In this document: positions 60,889 to 64,000 of the stretch, one piece after another
Numbering within the stretch: position 1 is the first letter of the stretch
Layout of the letters: every line of letters starts with the position of its first letter
Source: an uncultured Gammaproteobacteria bacterium
GTDB lineage: Bacteria; Patescibacteriota; Microgenomatia; CAZETR01; Amesbacteraceae
Length of the DNA: 64,000 bases
Assembly: GCA_964518565.1 (NCBI GenBank)
Contig: CAZFGX010000001.1
Location: forward strand, 203,046-267,045
Direction of reading: 5' to 3'
Translations under genes and position numbers: made by a program
Notes under the pieces: generated by a model
Seen by the model: only the letters and a program-made list of their open reading frames with translations
Told to the model about the DNA's origin: nothing
Database searches by the model: none

Positions 60889-61665
60889 ATGAAAAAAAAT
60901 ACCCTATCGGTTGTCCTTGCAGTGTATAACGAGTCTGATGTTTTAGAAAAAACATTAAATGCAATTAAAAATATTGCTGATGAAATAGTTATTGTAGATG
61001 GAAGTTCAACAGATAATACGGTTGAGATCGTTAAAAAGTTCAAGGCAAAAGTTATTTCCACCAGCAACAAACAAAATTTTCATATAAATAAAAATATTGC
61101 AATTGATGCTGCAACAAAAGATTGGATACTCCAACTTGATGCAGATGAAATAGTGAGTCCTGAACTTGCCAAAGAAATTGTAGAAAAAATAAATTCAAAT
61201 TCAGAATTCAATGGGTACTGGGTAAATCGAAGAAACTGGTTTCTAAATCAATTTTTAATGAAAGGCGGTCAATATCCAGACCCTACAATAAGATTATATA
61301 AAAGGGGAATGGGCAGACTTCCAGAAAAAGATGTGCATGAGCAAGCCACTGTAGAAGGTAAAACTACCTTTTTGAGAAATGATCTGTTTCACTATCGTGA
61401 CACAACATTTGAAAAGTATCTAAACGGATTCAATAGATACAGTTCATTTCAGGCTATACAGCTTGAACAAAAAAACATTCAAATAAATTTTTTAAATTCT
61501 TTGAAATATTTTTTTATCAAACCGATAAGCATTTTTCTATCAATTTTTATACGTCACCGTGGATATATAGATAAAACAGCTGGATTTATATTTGCTCTTT
61601 ACTCTAGTTTTATACCAATGATTGCTTACATGAAGTTGTGGCAAAAAAAATATATTAAAAAATGA
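60889..61665 (+). CDS. GT2 (WaaE/KdtX-like)
   Basis: VDGSSTD, LDADE, YPDPTIRL and VHE motifs. Confidence 0.9.
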   Translation: MKKNTLSVVLAVYNESDVLEKTLNAIKNIADEIVIVDGSSTDNTVEIVKKFKAKVISTSNKQNFHINKNIAIDAATKDWILQLDADEIVSPELAKEIVEKINSNSEFNGYWVNRRNWFLNQFLMKGGQYPDPTIRLYKRGMGRLPEKDVHEQATVEGKTTFLRNDLFHYRDTTFEKYLNGFNRYSSFQAIQLEQKNIQINFLNSLKYFFIKPISIFLSIFIRHRGYIDKTAGFIFALYSSFIPMIAYMKLWQKKYIKK

Positions 61666-62723
61666 AACGCATCGCTTTTGTAAGCCAAAAAGAAATCACG
61701 GATCACTATGTTAGAGGAATCGGGTTCTATGTACAAAATCTTCTTCCGGAAATTCAGAGCTTGGCAAAAAAAATAGATATTGAAGTAGTAGAAATTTCAA
61801 ATACTCAAAAAGTATCAGAAAAGGATTATTCAATTGTACATTACCCATTTTTAGATATTTTTTATCCTACATTGCCATTAGTTTCTAAAGTTAATCGTAT
61901 AGTGACCATTCACGATCTAATACCATTAGAATACCCAAATGTTTATAAAACAGGAATAAAATCAAAGATAAATTTTATTCACCAATATCTATCTGTTAAA
62001 AGGTGTAACGCAATCATTACTGACTCAAATTATTCGGCGGAGAGTATACACAAGCATTTTAATACTCCACGATCAAAAATTAATGTAATTTATTTAGCTG
62101 GAGCAAACAAATTTAATATTGGAGATGACACAAAAAAAAATTCCCTTATCAAAAAAAAATATAATCTACCTAGTAAATTTATTCTTTATGTCGGAGATAT
62201 TAACTACACCAAAAATATTCAATCCCTAATACAGGTTTGTGTTCAAAATAAAATAAACCTTATCCTAGTAGGAAAGGCACTAACAAATATTGAAAATATC
62301 GACCTAAATCATCCAGAACATATCCATTTGAAAAATATTATTCCATTTTTATCATCAGCTTATGTTAAAAGACTTGGATTTGTACCAGATGAAGATTTGC
62401 CTTTTATTTACAAAGCAGCGACTCTATATTGCCAACCGTCATTTGCAGAAGGATTTGGAATGCCAATATTAGAAGCAATGAAATCAAAAACCCCTGTTTT
62501 GGTAAGTGATGCATTGGCAGTTTCTGAAATTATGGGGGCAAAAATGTCTAAATATCAATTTAATCCAAAAGATATGAACGATATGCAAAGAAAAATTGAT
62601 TTGTTATGGAATTCAGAATCAGAAAGGAAGACGAACATCGATCTTTGTATTGAAAGAGAGAAAAATTTTTCCTGGCAAGCGACTGCTAAACAAACCCTAG
62701 AAGTATACAAAAAACTTTTATGA
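61662..62723 (+). CDS. GT4 glycosyltransferase (WbpY/MtfB-like)
   Basis: TIHDLIP, KNI, EGFGMPILEAM and FSW motifs. Confidence 0.92.
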   Translation: MKRIAFVSQKEITDHYVRGIGFYVQNLLPEIQSLAKKIDIEVVEISNTQKVSEKDYSIVHYPFLDIFYPTLPLVSKVNRIVTIHDLIPLEYPNVYKTGIKSKINFIHQYLSVKRCNAIITDSNYSAESIHKHFNTPRSKINVIYLAGANKFNIGDDTKKNSLIKKKYNLPSKFILYVGDINYTKNIQSLIQVCVQNKINLILVGKALTNIENIDLNHPEHIHLKNIIPFLSSAYVKRLGFVPDEDLPFIYKAATLYCQPSFAEGFGMPILEAMKSKTPVLVSDALAVSEIMGAKMSKYQFNPKDMNDMQRKIDLLWNSESERKTNIDLCIEREKNFSWQATAKQTLEVYKKLL

Positions 62724-63826
62724 TAAAAAAAATATCACTAATTTTTTTTTGTTGGCAATTAATAATAATATTTTTGACTCATACTAGCCAATATGTTTTA
62801 CCGCTTCAACCTGGCTATTTAGGCAATTCATTATCTGAGTATGAAAAAAATCCCATTTTATATTCAAGAGAAAATTTTGATGGAAACCATTACATATATA
62901 TAGCTACGCGTGGATATGGATTTGCTCAGCAAGCTTTTTTTCCTCTTTATCCCATGTTGATCAAAACAGTAAATTCATTTATCGCTAACCCTGTACTCAG
63001 TGGAGTTCTTATATCGATCGTCGCATGTTTTATAGGGCTAATTATATTAGCTAAAGTAATAGCGCTAGATTTTGGTGAGCAAATTGCTCTTTGGTCAATT
63101 GTTGCACTGATAATATTTCCCACCAGTTTCTTTCTGTCGTTTGTCTATACGGAGGGGCTATTTTTGTTTTTAACTGTTTCATGTATCTACTTATTTAAAA
63201 AAAATAAATTCTTATTGGCGGGTATTTTAGGAGGGTTGTCATCCTATACCAGGCTTTCGGGCATATTCCTATTTGTAGGAATTGCTACTGAATTTTTTAC
63301 AAATACAAAAAAAATTACATATAAGATCTTGTGCGTGCTCCTTATGCCCTTAGGGTTAATAACATATATGTACCAATTACAAAAAAATTACAACGATGGT
63401 TTGTTATTCATTCACGCACAAAAATTTTTTAATAACAATCGTAGCGAGCAAATTATTTTGCTGCCACAAACATTTTGGAGATATATAAAGATTATCTGGA
63501 CCGTAGATAGGCAAAACAATATTTATCCTGTAGCCCTTCTTGAGATATTTGTTACCCTTTTAGCTATATATTTACTAATAAAATATATTAAAATTCACCC
63601 AAAACTATATTCAATGTATTTTTTCTTATCAATAATAATACCCAGTTTAACCGGAACACTTACGTCAATACCCCGATATATGCTTGTATGTTTTCCCCTC
63701 TTTGTGGCAGTCGGCCAATTTTTGGCGAAGAGTAATTCAAGAATAAAATTATCTGTAACACTTAGTTCGATATTTATATTTTCAGCATTTTTGTTATTAT
63801 TCGTGAGAGGATATTGGGTAGCATGA
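62720..63826 (+). CDS. GT-C, PIG-V/GT76-like mannosyltransferase family
   Basis: NFDGNHY...GY...AFFPLYP, FPTSFF...YTEGLF and SIPRY motifs. Confidence 0.8.
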   Translation: MIKKISLIFFCWQLIIIFLTHTSQYVLPLQPGYLGNSLSEYEKNPILYSRENFDGNHYIYIATRGYGFAQQAFFPLYPMLIKTVNSFIANPVLSGVLISIVACFIGLIILAKVIALDFGEQIALWSIVALIIFPTSFFLSFVYTEGLFLFLTVSCIYLFKKNKFLLAGILGGLSSYTRLSGIFLFVGIATEFFTNTKKITYKILCVLLMPLGLITYMYQLQKNYNDGLLFIHAQKFFNNNRSEQIILLPQTFWRYIKIIWTVDRQNNIYPVALLEIFVTLLAIYLLIKYIKIHPKLYSMYFFLSIIIPSLTGTLTSIPRYMLVCFPLFVAVGQFLAKSNSRIKLSVTLSSIFIFSAFLLLFVRGYWVA

Positions 63827-64000
63827 AACAACTTTCAATAATTATTCCTGCCTATAAACAAGAAAAAACAATTGTAAAAAATTTACAAAATTTAGATAAA
63901 ATTGCCTCAAGGCTGAATATCTCATACGAAATTATATGTGTAGTTGATGGGATGCTAGACAATACCTGGTCAGAAGCAAAAAAAGCTAAATTGAAAAATG
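63823..64000 (+). CDS. GT2 (DPM-like), 3'-truncated by window edge
   Basis: MKQLSIIIPAYKQE...YEIICVVDG; ATGA-coupled. Confidence 0.8.
   Translation, partial: MKQLSIIIPAYKQEKTIVKNLQNLDKIASRLNISYEIICVVDGMLDNTWSEAKKAKLKN

Noticed and set aside
40945-61665. LPS core biosynthesis suggested by WaaE/KdtX-like GT2s and ArnT-like proteins
   Set aside because: No lipid A, Kdo or heptose genes in the window; these families act on many acceptors, and the sortase points to a monoderm envelope.
274-63831. Numerous 60-140 aa ORFs nested in or antisense to long genes
   Set aside because: Shadow ORFs of the real genes, with no independent motifs or expression signals.
1-64000. Alternative genetic code (UGA=Gly, code 25)
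   Set aside because: TGA ends many full-length genes in ATGA overlaps, and the ORFs are intact under code 11.

Overview
AT-rich, gene-dense bacterial window read with standard code 11 (TGA = stop). The gene families, the near-absence of Shine-Dalgarno sites and the tiny intergenic spaces suggest a CPR/Patescibacteria genome, probably Microgenomates-like (inference). Almost the whole window is devoted to the cell surface. (1) 1-18.4 kb: an exopolysaccharide/surface locus with a deacetylase, a GT2, GT-C membrane proteins, a BcsA/CrdS-like processive synthase lacking PilZ, a HlyD-like protein, a GH81 beta-1,3-glucanase, a GSDH-PKD-6xPA14 protein, a GH-A-like hydrolase, and a sortase with its FAPTG substrate. 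(2) 18.5-23.6 kb, the most unusual part: DUF4352-like and DUF2292/YezD-like genes, then an attenuator-like RNA leader, then three paralogous secreted Asn/Ser/Thr/Gly-rich proteins built from a ~90-aa GNG...QxN...NTG...TGDA repeat with Cys-rich linkers. This is a candidate undescribed amyloid/beta-solenoid surface-fibre system. (3) 23.7-26 kb: a CAP protein, a catalytically degenerate 2H-phosphoesterase and an isolated trmD. (4) 26-64 kb: a very large glycan assembly cluster with about 18 GT-C-type membrane enzymes (about 21 in the window), polyprenyl-phosphate sugar synthases, GtrA and Wzx flippases, GT2s and GT4s. Many genes that start transcription units have a -10 box 6-8 nt upstream of the start codon, consistent with leaderless mRNAs. 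I saw no rRNA, tRNA, CRISPR array or mobile element. All family assignments come from recognising motifs by eye; no database searches were run.
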